DNA of 64,000 bases from an uncultured Actinomycetota bacterium. GTDB taxonomy: Bacteria; Actinomycetota; Actinomycetes; JAHEKZ01. The DNA lies in NCBI GenBank assembly GCA_963829525.1, contig CAWHIJ010000003.1, forward strand, positions 1,952,001 through 2,016,000, in the 5' to 3' direction. Positions 52,466-61,893 of this stretch are shown piece by piece. Each line of letters opens with the position of its first letter. Position 1 is the first letter of the stretch. The notes beneath the pieces are model-generated. The model saw only the letters and a program-made list of their open reading frames with translations, was not told the origin of the DNA and searched no databases. The translations under genes were made by a program, and so were the position numbers.

Positions 52466-53794
52466 GTGACCGTCCCCGACCCGAGCGGCCCTGCTCCAAC
52501 GAGCATCGCGCCAGACGCCCCATCGGAACCAGATCCTGACCCAGAAGCGCAGAAGCCGTCCCCCGTCACGATCCTCCTCGAACCTCGCGAAGGCCTGCCA
52601 CCGGTCATTACCGCTCGCGATGGCCTCAAAACCGCGGCAGCGGCCCTCGCCAGCGGTAGCGGCCCCATCGCCGTCGACGCTGAGCGCGCCAGCGGCTACC
52701 GCTACGGCCAACGCGCCTACCTCGTCCAAATCCGGCGAAACGGCTCTGGATCGTTTCTCGTCGACCCGGTGGCCTTCGACGACCTCTCACCACTGGCCGA
52801 GGCCATCAACGACGCAGAGTGGGTACTGCACGCCGCCAGCCAAGACCTACCGTGCCTTTCCGAGATCGGGCTCCGGCCGCGCGAGCTCTTCGACACCGAA
52901 CTCGCCGGCCGGTTGCTCGGCCACTCGAGAGTGGGCCTCGGAGCGATGACCGAGTCTGTCTTGGGGATCGGCCTGGAAAAGGGCCATGCCGCCGCTGACT
53001 GGTCGACGCGCCCCCTTCCTGAGGACTGGCTGCGCTACGCAGCTCTCGACGTCGAGGTGCTCATCGACCTTCGTGATGCTCTGGCCGAAGAGCTCGACGC
53101 GGCCGGAAAGACCGAGTGGGCCCGCCAGGAGTTCACCGCCATTCTGGCCGCTCCCCCACCTGCCCCCCGTGTGGATCCCTGGCGCCGAACCAGTGGCATG
53201 CACCGAGTACGTAAGCCGCGCCAGTTGGCCATCATCCGCGAACTTTGGCTGGCCCGTGACGAACTGGCCCGACAGCGCGACACAGCCCCCGGCCGGATCC
53301 TTCCCGACAGCGCGATCGTGTCGGCGGCAGTCGAGCAGCCGGCGACACGTGAGGCACTCGTTGCCCTCCCCATCTTCGGCGGCAAAGCTAACCGGCGCCA
53401 GGCCGACCGGTGGATGGCCGCCATCGACCGGGCTCGAACGTGCCCTGAATCTGCACTACCACCATCGACCCTTACCTCTGATGCGCCACCGCCCGCCCGT
53501 TCCTGGAACGACAAGAACCCCGAAGCGGCGGCCCGACTCGGTGTGCTGCGGCCGGCGGTCGCTGCGCTCGCTGACGAGCACCACCTGCCAACCGAGAACC
53601 TGCTGACCCCGGACACCGTGCGTCGCCTCGCGTGGCAGCCGCCCGAGGATTGTTCGGAGACCGGCATTGCTGCCCGGCTGCAGTCCCACGGCGCCCGCCC
53701 GTGGCAGATCGACCTGACAGCTCGCCCGATGGCCAAGGCGCTGGACCGCGTCCAGCGCGAGGCCGACGTGGCTCGCGACTCAGCGACGACCTAG
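52466..53794 (+). CDS. rnd: Ribonuclease D (3'-5' exonuclease + HRDC)
   Basis: DAERASGYRY, LHAASQDL, FDTELA, DWSTRPL..WL.YAALDVE. Confidence 0.93.
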   Translation: MTVPDPSGPAPTSIAPDAPSEPDPDPEAQKPSPVTILLEPREGLPPVITARDGLKTAAAALASGSGPIAVDAERASGYRYGQRAYLVQIRRNGSGSFLVDPVAFDDLSPLAEAINDAEWVLHAASQDLPCLSEIGLRPRELFDTELAGRLLGHSRVGLGAMTESVLGIGLEKGHAAADWSTRPLPEDWLRYAALDVEVLIDLRDALAEELDAAGKTEWARQEFTAILAAPPPAPRVDPWRRTSGMHRVRKPRQLAIIRELWLARDELARQRDTAPGRILPDSAIVSAAVEQPATREALVALPIFGGKANRRQADRWMAAIDRARTCPESALPPSTLTSDAPPPARSWNDKNPEAAARLGVLRPAVAALADEHHLPTENLLTPDTVRRLAWQPPEDCSETGIAARLQSHGARPWQIDLTARPMAKALDRVQREADVARDSATT

Positions 53795-54150
53795 AACTCG
53801 TCGGCGATCTCGTCCGGCGCCCGCATCCGCCAGGCATCGGTGACCAACTCGGTCAGGCGGTTGACATCGACCTCGTCGAGTCGCAGCATCACGAGTGGCC
53901 AGCCGTCATAGCTGGGCGTCGTGAAGAAGACATCGGGTTCGCCCAGCAGGAGCGCCTGCTTCTCTGCCTCATCACCGACGTAGAGCACGGCGATGTCGAT
54001 CCGGATGCGTCGCTTCTCGCCAGGCCGTCGTTCGGGGTAGGACCAGATGAACCCCTTGTTCGCCACCCGGAAGTCGAATCCGTCCGAGTCGATCTCGGTG
54101 ACGTCCGGAAGTGCGAGTGCGAGACGGCGCACGTCATCAGCGTCTGCCAC
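53791..54150 (-). CDS. MmcQ/YjbR family protein
   Basis: VRRLALALP, FRV.NK, FFTTPSYDG.P.V..RL, DAWR..AP. Confidence 0.85.
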   Translation of the reverse strand: MADADDVRRLALALPDVTEIDSDGFDFRVANKGFIWSYPERRPGEKRRIRIDIAVLYVGDEAEKQALLLGEPDVFFTTPSYDGWPLVMLRLDEVDVNRLTELVTDAWRMRAPDEIADEF

Positions 54151-54331
54151 GCCGCCCCTCCCCAGTCGGTGAGCATTGCACTCTAATCGGTCTAAATCGA
54201 GGCCTTTGTGCAACGCCGAGTCCATGGCCAACGAGTTGGAGTAGTCCGGTGAATTCACCAAAGTCTCTGCCCAAAGCCGTCTTTCCCTCCTATGCTCCGA
54301 AGACAACCGGTCGCCAGCCCAGGAGGCACTC

Positions 54332-56311
54332 ATGAAGCGTTCCCAGTACATCGCGGTCGCCACGGCTGCGGGCATGCTGGCGGCCCTTGGCACCACAGCC
54401 GTGACGACCTCGTTCGCGGCCGCTGCGCCCACCAAGCCGAGCCATGCCCCCAAGGCCACCTACGTGGGCGAACGCGCACCTCTCACCGCGAGGGCGCCGT
54501 CAGCGACCGCCCTGCGAACTCCAGGTATCGGCGACGTGCTCGGCGGCGTCGAGCTCAAGAGCCCCGAAGTAGAAGCCCGGCAGAACTCACCGCAGGGTGG
54601 ATCTGCCGTTCTGAACGGCAATGTCCGTCCTCCGTCAGCGGCATCGGTACCCGTCTCGCAAAACCAGAGCGGCGTGGTCAGCAGCTTCCAGGGCTTGAAC
54701 CACTTCGACAGCAGGTACTCAGGCGGCGGGAACGCCTTCTCAGGTGAACCGCCGGACCAGGGGATGTGTGTCGGGGGCAACTACGTCTTCGAGATCGTCA
54801 ACTCCGTCGTGCAGGTGTACACCAAGTCCGGCGAGCCGAAGATCGCTGGCGACAAAGCCTTTCCTGACGGCCCGTCCGTCGGGCTGACACTGAACGAGTT
54901 CTTCGACCTGCCGCCATCCTTTGTTCGGCCTGATGGACCATTCGGTCCCTACATGTTCGACACGTCGTGCCTCTACGACCCATCAACGCAGCGTTGGTTC
55001 GCGACATCGGCGAACCTCGACCAGGACCCAGTGACCGGTGAGTTCACCGGCGCGAACCAGGTCTGGCTCGCGGTCAGCACCAGCTCTAACCCACTCGGTT
55101 CGTGGAAAATCTGGTCGATAGACACCTCGAACAACGGCCAGAACGGGACGCCTGACCACGGTTGCCTTGATGGCTACTGCTTCGGCGACTACCCGCAGAT
55201 CGGCATGGATGCCGAAGGCTTCTACATCACCACCAACGAGTTTGAGTTCTTCGGCGATGGCTTCAACGGAACGCAGCTCTACGCACTGTCCAAGGACGAT
55301 TTGGTGGTTGGTCAGACAAGTCCGACGATGCAGATGTTCGAGAACGTCCCGACCGCTACGTACAACGATCTCTCGTACACCATGCAGCCGGTGAATGCGC
55401 TGCCGGCCGAGTGGGACTCATCTGCCAACGGAACGATGTACTTCGGGATGTCGGGGTCGCCATTTACTGACGCATTGGTTCGTTCGATCGCTCTCTATGG
55501 CCTCTCCAACACCAAGTCACTCGCCACCAACTCACCGGCTCTGACCCTCAGAGAGACTTCCGTCGCCACCCAGGCGTATGCGACGCCTGGGTTTGCCCAG
55601 CAACAGAGCGGCCCGATGCCGCTGCTGTCGTGCGTCAACAGCAGGGCGTGCATCGGCGTCCACTACCCGAGCATCAAGAACCCTCTGGTGTTGGACGCCG
55701 GAAACTCTGGAAAGGTGTACGGCGCCTGGCTGCACGACGGTGACGTCTATCTGACAACCGGCACGCCACTCACCGGTAGCGGGGCCGCTTGGTACAACAC
55801 CAACAACGGCGCCTGGAAGGGCATCAAGCAGCGGACCGGTGTCGCATGGTTCGTCGTGAATCCTGATGCTTCCGCTTCCGGGCTTGATGCTTCTTTGCAG
55901 GGCAACGGCTACCTCGCGATTCAGGGCGCCAACCTGACCTACCCCTCGATCGTGGTCGGACCGACGGGCGCCGGGGCAATCGGAGCGACCCTCACCGGTC
56001 CGAACAACTTCCCGAGTGCCGCCGTCGCCCAGTTCGGCCCAGGACAGGCGCCATCGGTTGTCCAGATCACCGGACAGGGAATCGGGCCCAACGATGGCTT
56101 CACCGGAACCGGCGAAGGTGGCTATGACCCACGGTGGGGTGACTACCCAGCAGCAACGGTGACACCCGACGGAACCATGTGGCTTGCCAATGAGTACGTC
56201 GCCTCGCGGTGCACATCAGCGGAGTTCGCGGTCGACACCACCTGCGGTTACAACCGATCCTTCTACGCGAACTGGAGCACACACATCACAGGAATCACTC
56301 CGCTGCCCTGA
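54332..56311 (+). CDS. Large secreted hypothetical protein (beta-rich, PPDQ/GDYP/RWGDY motifs)
   Basis: RBS AGGAGG, signal peptide, EPPDQGMCVG, CFGDYPQIG, RWGDY. Confidence 0.8.
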   Translation: MKRSQYIAVATAAGMLAALGTTAVTTSFAAAAPTKPSHAPKATYVGERAPLTARAPSATALRTPGIGDVLGGVELKSPEVEARQNSPQGGSAVLNGNVRPPSAASVPVSQNQSGVVSSFQGLNHFDSRYSGGGNAFSGEPPDQGMCVGGNYVFEIVNSVVQVYTKSGEPKIAGDKAFPDGPSVGLTLNEFFDLPPSFVRPDGPFGPYMFDTSCLYDPSTQRWFATSANLDQDPVTGEFTGANQVWLAVSTSSNPLGSWKIWSIDTSNNGQNGTPDHGCLDGYCFGDYPQIGMDAEGFYITTNEFEFFGDGFNGTQLYALSKDDLVVGQTSPTMQMFENVPTATYNDLSYTMQPVNALPAEWDSSANGTMYFGMSGSPFTDALVRSIALYGLSNTKSLATNSPALTLRETSVATQAYATPGFAQQQSGPMPLLSCVNSRACIGVHYPSIKNPLVLDAGNSGKVYGAWLHDGDVYLTTGTPLTGSGAAWYNTNNGAWKGIKQRTGVAWFVVNPDASASGLDASLQGNGYLAIQGANLTYPSIVVGPTGAGAIGATLTGPNNFPSAAVAQFGPGQAPSVVQITGQGIGPNDGFTGTGEGGYDPRWGDYPAATVTPDGTMWLANEYVASRCTSAEFAVDTTCGYNRSFYANWSTHITGITPLP

Positions 56312-56317
56312 GTGTCG

Positions 56318-56605
56318 ATGCATCTCGAGTTCACCGGCGAGATGTGGTCTTGGCGCGGGCCGTCACCGTTTCACTTCATCTCAGTTCCGCCTGATGAGAG
56401 CGCTGAGCTGGAGACGGCAGCGGGGCTGGTGAGCTACGGCTGGGGGATGATCCCGGTGACGGCAGAGATCGGCGCAACCGTATGGACGACCTCGCTCTTC
56501 CCGAAGGATGGCGGGTACGTGTTGCCCGTCAAGGATGTCGTTCGCAAGGGTGAGCTTCTCGAAGTCGGTGATGTCGTAGCGGTTCAACTCTCCGTGGACG
56601 TCTGA
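56318..56605 (+). CDS. DUF1905 family protein
   Basis: W.WRGPSPFHF, YGWGMIPV, WTTSLFPK..GY.LPVK..VR. Confidence 0.88.
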   Translation: MHLEFTGEMWSWRGPSPFHFISVPPDESAELETAAGLVSYGWGMIPVTAEIGATVWTTSLFPKDGGYVLPVKDVVRKGELLEVGDVVAVQLSVDV

Positions 56606-56756
56606 CCGCGCAGCGACGATGGAAGGCTTACAAGGTGACTCACGGTGGAGCAACGTGGTATCAGAATGATTGGGATGAGTTCAACCAGAACATTCCGGAC
56701 TTCGAGATCAACTATAACTACCGCACCGACTGTGCCGTATACCAGCCCATCTGATT

Positions 56757-57104
56757 ATGCCAACTGGATATGAGCTTCCGATGGCACCCTCCGAGCTCGG
56801 TCCTGCACTGAGCGGCGCCCTGCGAGGTCCAGGGGATCAACCGGAACTGACGGTCACCGATGTCAGGCTCATACGGCTAGGAGACGCCACCAGCGCGGCC
56901 TTGAGCGCGGTGGTCCAGATCGCTGCAAGAGATTTGCCCCTTGAACGGTGGGAGTGGCATCTGCCCCTGAGCGAGGATGAATTTGCAATGCCGGCAATCA
57001 CCTTTCTAGAGACCATTCGTGCAAACCTCGAGGAGTGGTGGCACGTCAAGGATCGAGAGCCCCACTTTGCGGCACTGGGACATCGACTGCCTCTTGACGA
57101 GTGA
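56757..57104 (+). CDS. Hypothetical protein
   Basis: Protein-like 115-aa ORF (IRANLEEWWH); no family recognised. Confidence 0.55.
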   Translation: MPTGYELPMAPSELGPALSGALRGPGDQPELTVTDVRLIRLGDATSAALSAVVQIAARDLPLERWEWHLPLSEDEFAMPAITFLETIRANLEEWWHVKDREPHFAALGHRLPLDE

Positions 57105-57354
57105 TTGAGCATGGTCTGTCCGAGAACGCAAGCAAGCCGCCTTCTTCCAGGGGCCGATCTGGAGCAACCTTGCCCTGGAGTTGGAACTCCCCTGCCTCTT
57201 GACACAAACCCGGCGAGCCGAACCGTCAACCGGAGAGCTCGGAGACCTTGGAAGTGGTTTCTGCACTAGAGCCCTTGCTAGGTGCTTCCGTGCCGAGAGT
57301 CTTTCTTCGCATCAGTCCTAAGCCCGTCGCTGCTGGCGGGGTTAATCACTGGAC

Positions 57355-57575
57355 GTGTTGGGGCCGACGGTTGAAGGCCTCACCGCACTCGCTGGCGATG
57401 GTCGCGCGCTGGAGTTTGCGATCGGAACTGGTCGGGTTGCCATCCCCCTGGCCGAGCGCGGCGTCGCGGTCACGGGCATCGAACTCTCCCAGCCGATGAT
57501 CGACCAGCTGCGGACCAGGGCCGACGGGATCAGATCCCCGTCGTGGTTGGCGACATGGCCACCGCCCGTGCAGAT
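57355..57575 (+). pseudogene. Class I SAM-dependent methyltransferase fragment
   Basis: ALEFAIGTGRVAIPL..G..V.GIELS, then frameshifted IPVVVGDMATAR; both ends missing. Confidence 0.75.
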
Positions 57576-57679
57576 TCCCGGTCACATGTGTCGGTTTATC
57601 GGCTCCCGAACCGGTCCTAACGCGCCGTTGGGTTACCCCCTGCCTATGCTGACGCCATCACCCGACTGAGGAGCCATCC

Positions 57680-57901
57680 ATGAGCCGGTCCCGAACGATC
57701 CTGACCATGGCGCTGATCGCCACCACCGCGGTAGTGGTGGCTGCTGTCGTCGTCAAGCTCCGCAGCATGGACGAAGTGGCCACCGAGACGGCCGACGACA
57801 TCGAAGCTCAACTTGGGGCGCTGGACCCGATCACCCGAGCGACCGTCGTGGAGAAGCTGTCAGCGCGAGCTCTGGAAGGGGCCAAGGCTCCAACGAGCTA
57901 A
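57680..57901 (+). CDS. Small membrane-anchored hypothetical protein
   Basis: RBS GAGGAG; N-terminal TM; LDPITRATV. Confidence 0.65.
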   Translation: MSRSRTILTMALIATTAVVVAAVVVKLRSMDEVATETADDIEAQLGALDPITRATVVEKLSARALEGAKAPTS

Positions 57902-58476
57902 GGCCCTTTGGTGGCTGCTAGCAAGGCCCGGTAGTGAAGGTGGACCGTGCCATCGGAGAACTGGTCCTGTTGGACGAGGTCCAGAGCGAGCCGCGTCCCA
58001 GATGGCCAGCAAGAGGTTCCGCCACCGACGATGTGCGGGACTATGAACAGGTGGACGTCGTCGACGATGCCAGCCCTCAGCGCATGTGATGCCAGCGTTG
58101 GCCCGCCGATCGAAACGTTTTGTTCTTGAGCGGCAACCATGGCGCGGACGCTGTGCGGATCGAAGGTGCGCTCGAGCCGCGTCTTCGGCGTCGTCACGGC
58201 GGCGAGTGTTTCGGAGTAGACGATCTTGTCGGCCGACTGCCAGATGTCGGCGTACTCGCGGATGACCTCGGGCTCCTGTTCGATGTCGGGAAAGTGCTGC
58301 CAGACGGCCATGACTTCATACAGCCGGCGGCCGTACAGGTACGTGCCCACCGAGGTCTCAAGGCGGTTGATGAACCGGTGCACCTCCTCGCCGGGGGCAG
58401 CCCAGTCGAAGTTGCCTCCCTCGTCGGCCACGTAACCGTCCAGTGAGGCCAACACCGCGTACACCAATCGCGCCAT
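57898..58476 (-). CDS. Dihydrofolate reductase / RibD C-terminal family protein
   Basis: SLDGYVAD, LYGRR.YE.M..W, KIVYS.TL, GGPTLA. Confidence 0.9.
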   Translation of the reverse strand: MARLVYAVLASLDGYVADEGGNFDWAAPGEEVHRFINRLETSVGTYLYGRRLYEVMAVWQHFPDIEQEPEVIREYADIWQSADKIVYSETLAAVTTPKTRLERTFDPHSVRAMVAAQEQNVSIGGPTLASHALRAGIVDDVHLFIVPHIVGGGTSCWPSGTRLALDLVQQDQFSDGTVHLHYRALLAATKGP

Positions 58477-58523
58477 TTCATGACCCTACTGGGGGGTGTG
58501 TGACGACGTTGACGAACACTGCC

Positions 58524-59003
58524 CTATAGGGGTTTGACCAGAATCAGGCACGGGTTCTCGGCCCAGATCCCCTGAAGCTCCTCAAGTGGGATGTACCCAA
58601 GGGCCTGGTAGAAACTCAGCGTCTTGCCATAAGCCTCATCAGCGTGCGACGGTCCAAGGGTCTTGACCTGCACGACCCTGACACCCGCAGCCGCCATGTC
58701 TGCCTCGAAAGCAGCCACGAGGGTTCGCCCGATCCCTTGGCGATGATGATCGGGCAAAACGGCAAGGAGGTGGATCTCCGCCGACTCGCGACTGTGCGTC
58801 GTCACCAGCAGTGCGCCAAGAACTTCCCCTGAGGGTGAATCCACTGCCAGGAAGGTGGGCTTTGTCCGGGCGTCCTCGACGTACTCCAGCAGTGAGGCTT
58901 CGATACCGAACCAGTCCGGCAGCGATCGCAGCAGACATTCAACAGCCTCCGGATCCTGGCGGCCCCTGACCACAACAAGCGAGCCCGAACTATCAACATC
59001 CAT
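58524..59003 (-). CDS. GNAT family N-acetyltransferase
   Basis: LPDWFG, AEIHLLAV, HRQGIG, QVKTL, FY..LGY. Confidence 0.88.
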   Translation of the reverse strand: MDVDSSGSLVVVRGRQDPEAVECLLRSLPDWFGIEASLLEYVEDARTKPTFLAVDSPSGEVLGALLVTTHSRESAEIHLLAVLPDHHRQGIGRTLVAAFEADMAAAGVRVVQVKTLGPSHADEAYGKTLSFYQALGYIPLEELQGIWAENPCLILVKPL

Positions 59004-59107
59004 CAGCGAATCATGCCCACATTCAGAACCGGCGACCAAAGCCGGGCCACGTCCTGCGTCGCACCGGTCGGGCGTACGGTCGAACATCCAACCTCTTGGA
59101 GTGGCTC

Positions 59108-59497
59108 GTGATAGTTGTCCTATTCTCCAGCGTCGCACGGCCAGACATCGACGCCGATGAGTACGGCCGGGCCTCGGCACGGATGCGGGAGATCGTCGCG
59201 TCCGTGCCAGGCTTCATCGCCTTCAACACGTATTCCTCAGACGACGGTGAGGATCTGGTCGTTGCCCGCTTCGACTCCTTGGAGGCCGTCGATGCGTGGC
59301 GCAACCACCCTGAGCACCTCGCGACGCAGGAAAGAGATCGCTCCCTCTGGGCCCAGGAGTACTGGGTTCAGACCTCTGAGACAGTGCGCGAGTACCGCTG
59401 GACCCATGGAATGGGCTACGAGTCAGATCTCCGAGAAATGCTCATTTCGCGTTCGGAGATTCAGCCAGGTACTTCGGCTCGACAAACCTCCGAGTGA
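59108..59497 (+). CDS. Antibiotic biosynthesis monooxygenase (ABM) family protein
   Basis: PGFI, FDSLEA..AWRNHPEH..TQ..R..W..EY. Confidence 0.8.
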   Translation: MIVVLFSSVARPDIDADEYGRASARMREIVASVPGFIAFNTYSSDDGEDLVVARFDSLEAVDAWRNHPEHLATQERDRSLWAQEYWVQTSETVREYRWTHGMGYESDLREMLISRSEIQPGTSARQTSE

Positions 59498-59880
59498 ACT
59501 CAGTCGGTGCGGTCAGTCGGCTCGGGATCTGTGGCCGAAAGCGCCCTCGAAGTGTTGACAGAACGTATTGGCTACCGAAGCAACGTTGTCGTCGTCGCAC
59601 CTGATCAAGACACGATGGAGACCGACACCACTCGCCAGTTCTAAGACGATCTGGGCAATCTAGGTCGTCGACATGTAGGTCGATAGCCCAGCCCAGAACG
59701 CGCTTTCGGATTCGATGTCCTAGGCGTCAAACACGACCACTCGCCTACTGATCTCAACACCGGGTGCGTTCACAAACGCCTGCCAGCCCTGCCCCGTCAT
59801 GTCGTCTCCCCTATGGAAGACGGTCACCGGTATCTCCGTGTCCGAGACTAGGCAGGGACAAACTCATCCGGAGCCGAATC

Positions 59881-60219
59881 TCAGACCTCCGGGTCGAACA
59901 TGATCTCCCGTACCTCCTGCGGGCAACGGCAGGCGACGGCAAACTGGGCAGCCCACTGCAGCGCCTCCTCGCGTCCGGGCACGTCGAGGATCACGAACCC
60001 GCCGACGACCGCCTTGGTTTCCGGGTACGGGCCATCGGTGACGATGCCGTCGGTGGTTACGATGCTCGCCCGCTGGCTCTGCACTCCGCCACCGAAGATC
60101 CACACCCCTGCCTTCTGAGCGGCCCGAACAACAGCGTGCGCAGCCTCGGCCACAGCTGGCACCTCATCGTCGGGGAAGGTCATCGCACCATCATCGAACG
60201 AGATCAGATACCGCGTCAT
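59881..60219 (-). CDS. YciI / DGPF family protein
   Basis: TDGPYPETK..VGGF, EEALQWA, ACRC.QEVRE. Confidence 0.88.
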   Translation of the reverse strand: MTRYLISFDDGAMTFPDDEVPAVAEAAHAVVRAAQKAGVWIFGGGVQSQRASIVTTDGIVTDGPYPETKAVVGGFVILDVPGREEALQWAAQFAVACRCPQEVREIMFDPEV

Positions 60220-60346
60220 CCCATGACTCCCTTGTCCCAACGGCCACCTCGGGCCGCCAGCCAGACTCCGCGTCGTTTCTGTTGAGTCTCACAGATCCTT
60301 GGGGCGATCCGGCTACGTGGGTTCGCTGGCCTCGTAGGCTGAGGAG

Positions 60347-61153
60347 ATGGCCGAAGCAACTAGTCGAACCGCAGTGGTTACCGGCACGTCATCCGGACTG
60401 GGACGCGGCGTGGCCGAGCGCCTCGTTGCCCTGGGCTGGGATGTGCTCGGAACGGTCCGCGGAGATGGCGCGGGGCTCCCCTTCGACACGGTGCGATGCG
60501 ACGTGACCGACGACGATGCGATGGCGCGTCTCGGCCAGCAGGTGCTCCAGCAGTGGGGACGGCTCGACGCGCTGGTGAACAACGCTGGTGTCGCACTGAC
60601 AGGCCCAGTCGAGGAGCTCGCACCCGAGGAGCTGAGGCGGCACCTCGACGTGAATCTCGTGGCACCGCTGGCATTGGTGCGCGCATGCCTTCCGGCCCTG
60701 CGCGTCGGCAGAGGCGTCGTTGTCCAGGTGTCCAGTGTCTCCGGCTACTCGGCCAGTGAGCTGTTTGCCGCCTACAGCGCGTCCAAGTTCGGGCTGGAGG
60801 GAGCGAGTGAGGCGCTCGCAGCCGAGGTCTCGGGTCAAGGCGTGCGGGTCGTCGTGGTTGAACCAGGGCCGTTCCGGACCGAAATCGGCCCCAAGGGGAC
60901 CCAGGTGGCGGCCAAAGGTTCCACAGGGCTTTACGAGTCCGAATGGCGCGAGACCGACGACTGGCTCGCGTGGCACGCTTCGGCAAGCCCCGATGCCGAG
61001 GCGTGTATCAACGCAATACTCGGGGCCACCACCCGTGCTGATGCGCCCTTCCGGGTCCCCGTTGGCGAGGGAATCGTCGATGAACTGCGGCGCAAAGGTG
61101 AGGAGATGATCACTCAAGCAGCCGCGGCGGAAACGTTCCTCCGCTCCTTGTAG
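60347..61153 (+). CDS. SDR family oxidoreductase
   Basis: TGTSSGLG, NNAG, YSASK, VEPGPFRT. Confidence 0.92.
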   Translation: MAEATSRTAVVTGTSSGLGRGVAERLVALGWDVLGTVRGDGAGLPFDTVRCDVTDDDAMARLGQQVLQQWGRLDALVNNAGVALTGPVEELAPEELRRHLDVNLVAPLALVRACLPALRVGRGVVVQVSSVSGYSASELFAAYSASKFGLEGASEALAAEVSGQGVRVVVVEPGPFRTEIGPKGTQVAAKGSTGLYESEWRETDDWLAWHASASPDAEACINAILGATTRADAPFRVPVGEGIVDELRRKGEEMITQAAAAETFLRSL

Positions 61154-61162
61154 CCGATCGCC

Positions 61163-61861
61163 GTGGACGACGATGTGGCGACTGCCCTGACCACTGCGGT
61201 TCGCAATGCACTCGCAGCTGTAGGCGATCCCGCACGAGCCAGTCAGCAGCAGGCCTACATGAAGTCAGCCATGCCCTACCGCGGCGTGACATTGCCTGAG
61301 GTCCGGCGCATCGCCAAGTCGGCGTTGAAAGAGCACCCGCTTCGCGACCAGTCGGACCTCATCGCAGCCGTGAGTGCCCTCTGGGACGACGCCGAGTACC
61401 GCGAAGAGCGCTACGCCGCTCTCACGGTCCTGCAGGTTCCGAAGCACCGCCCCTGGCGCGGCCTGGCGATGCTCCCGCTCTACGAGCATCTGGTGATCAC
61501 CGGTCGCTGGTGGGACCTCGTCGACGACCTCGCGTCCCACTCCATTGGTGAGCTCCTTCGCGCGTATCGCACCGAGGTGGCGCCTGTCATGCGCGCGTGG
61601 GCGTCAGACGACGACCTGTGGCGACGCCGCGCCGCCCTCGTCTGCCAAGTGGGCGCCAAGTCTGAGACCGACCCCGACCTCCTCGCGGACATCATCACGG
61701 GGACTGTCGACGAGCGGGACTTCTTCGTGCGCAAGGGCATCGGATGGGCGCTCCGTGACTACGCCAGGACCGACCCCGGCTGGGTGCGCGCGTTCGTGGC
61801 CGGACATGCCGACGTCCTGAGCCCCCTGTCGATCCGCGAGGCGACCAAGCACCTGGACTGA
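61163..61861 (+). CDS. DNA alkylation repair protein (AlkD-like)
   Basis: AYMKS, YREERY, WWDLVD, W.RRAA, FFVRKGIGWALR, LSIREA.KH. Confidence 0.88.
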   Translation: MDDDVATALTTAVRNALAAVGDPARASQQQAYMKSAMPYRGVTLPEVRRIAKSALKEHPLRDQSDLIAAVSALWDDAEYREERYAALTVLQVPKHRPWRGLAMLPLYEHLVITGRWWDLVDDLASHSIGELLRAYRTEVAPVMRAWASDDDLWRRRAALVCQVGAKSETDPDLLADIITGTVDERDFFVRKGIGWALRDYARTDPGWVRAFVAGHADVLSPLSIREATKHLD

Positions 61862-61893
61862 CCCACGCCTACTGGCCAGTAGCATCGAGGTGA

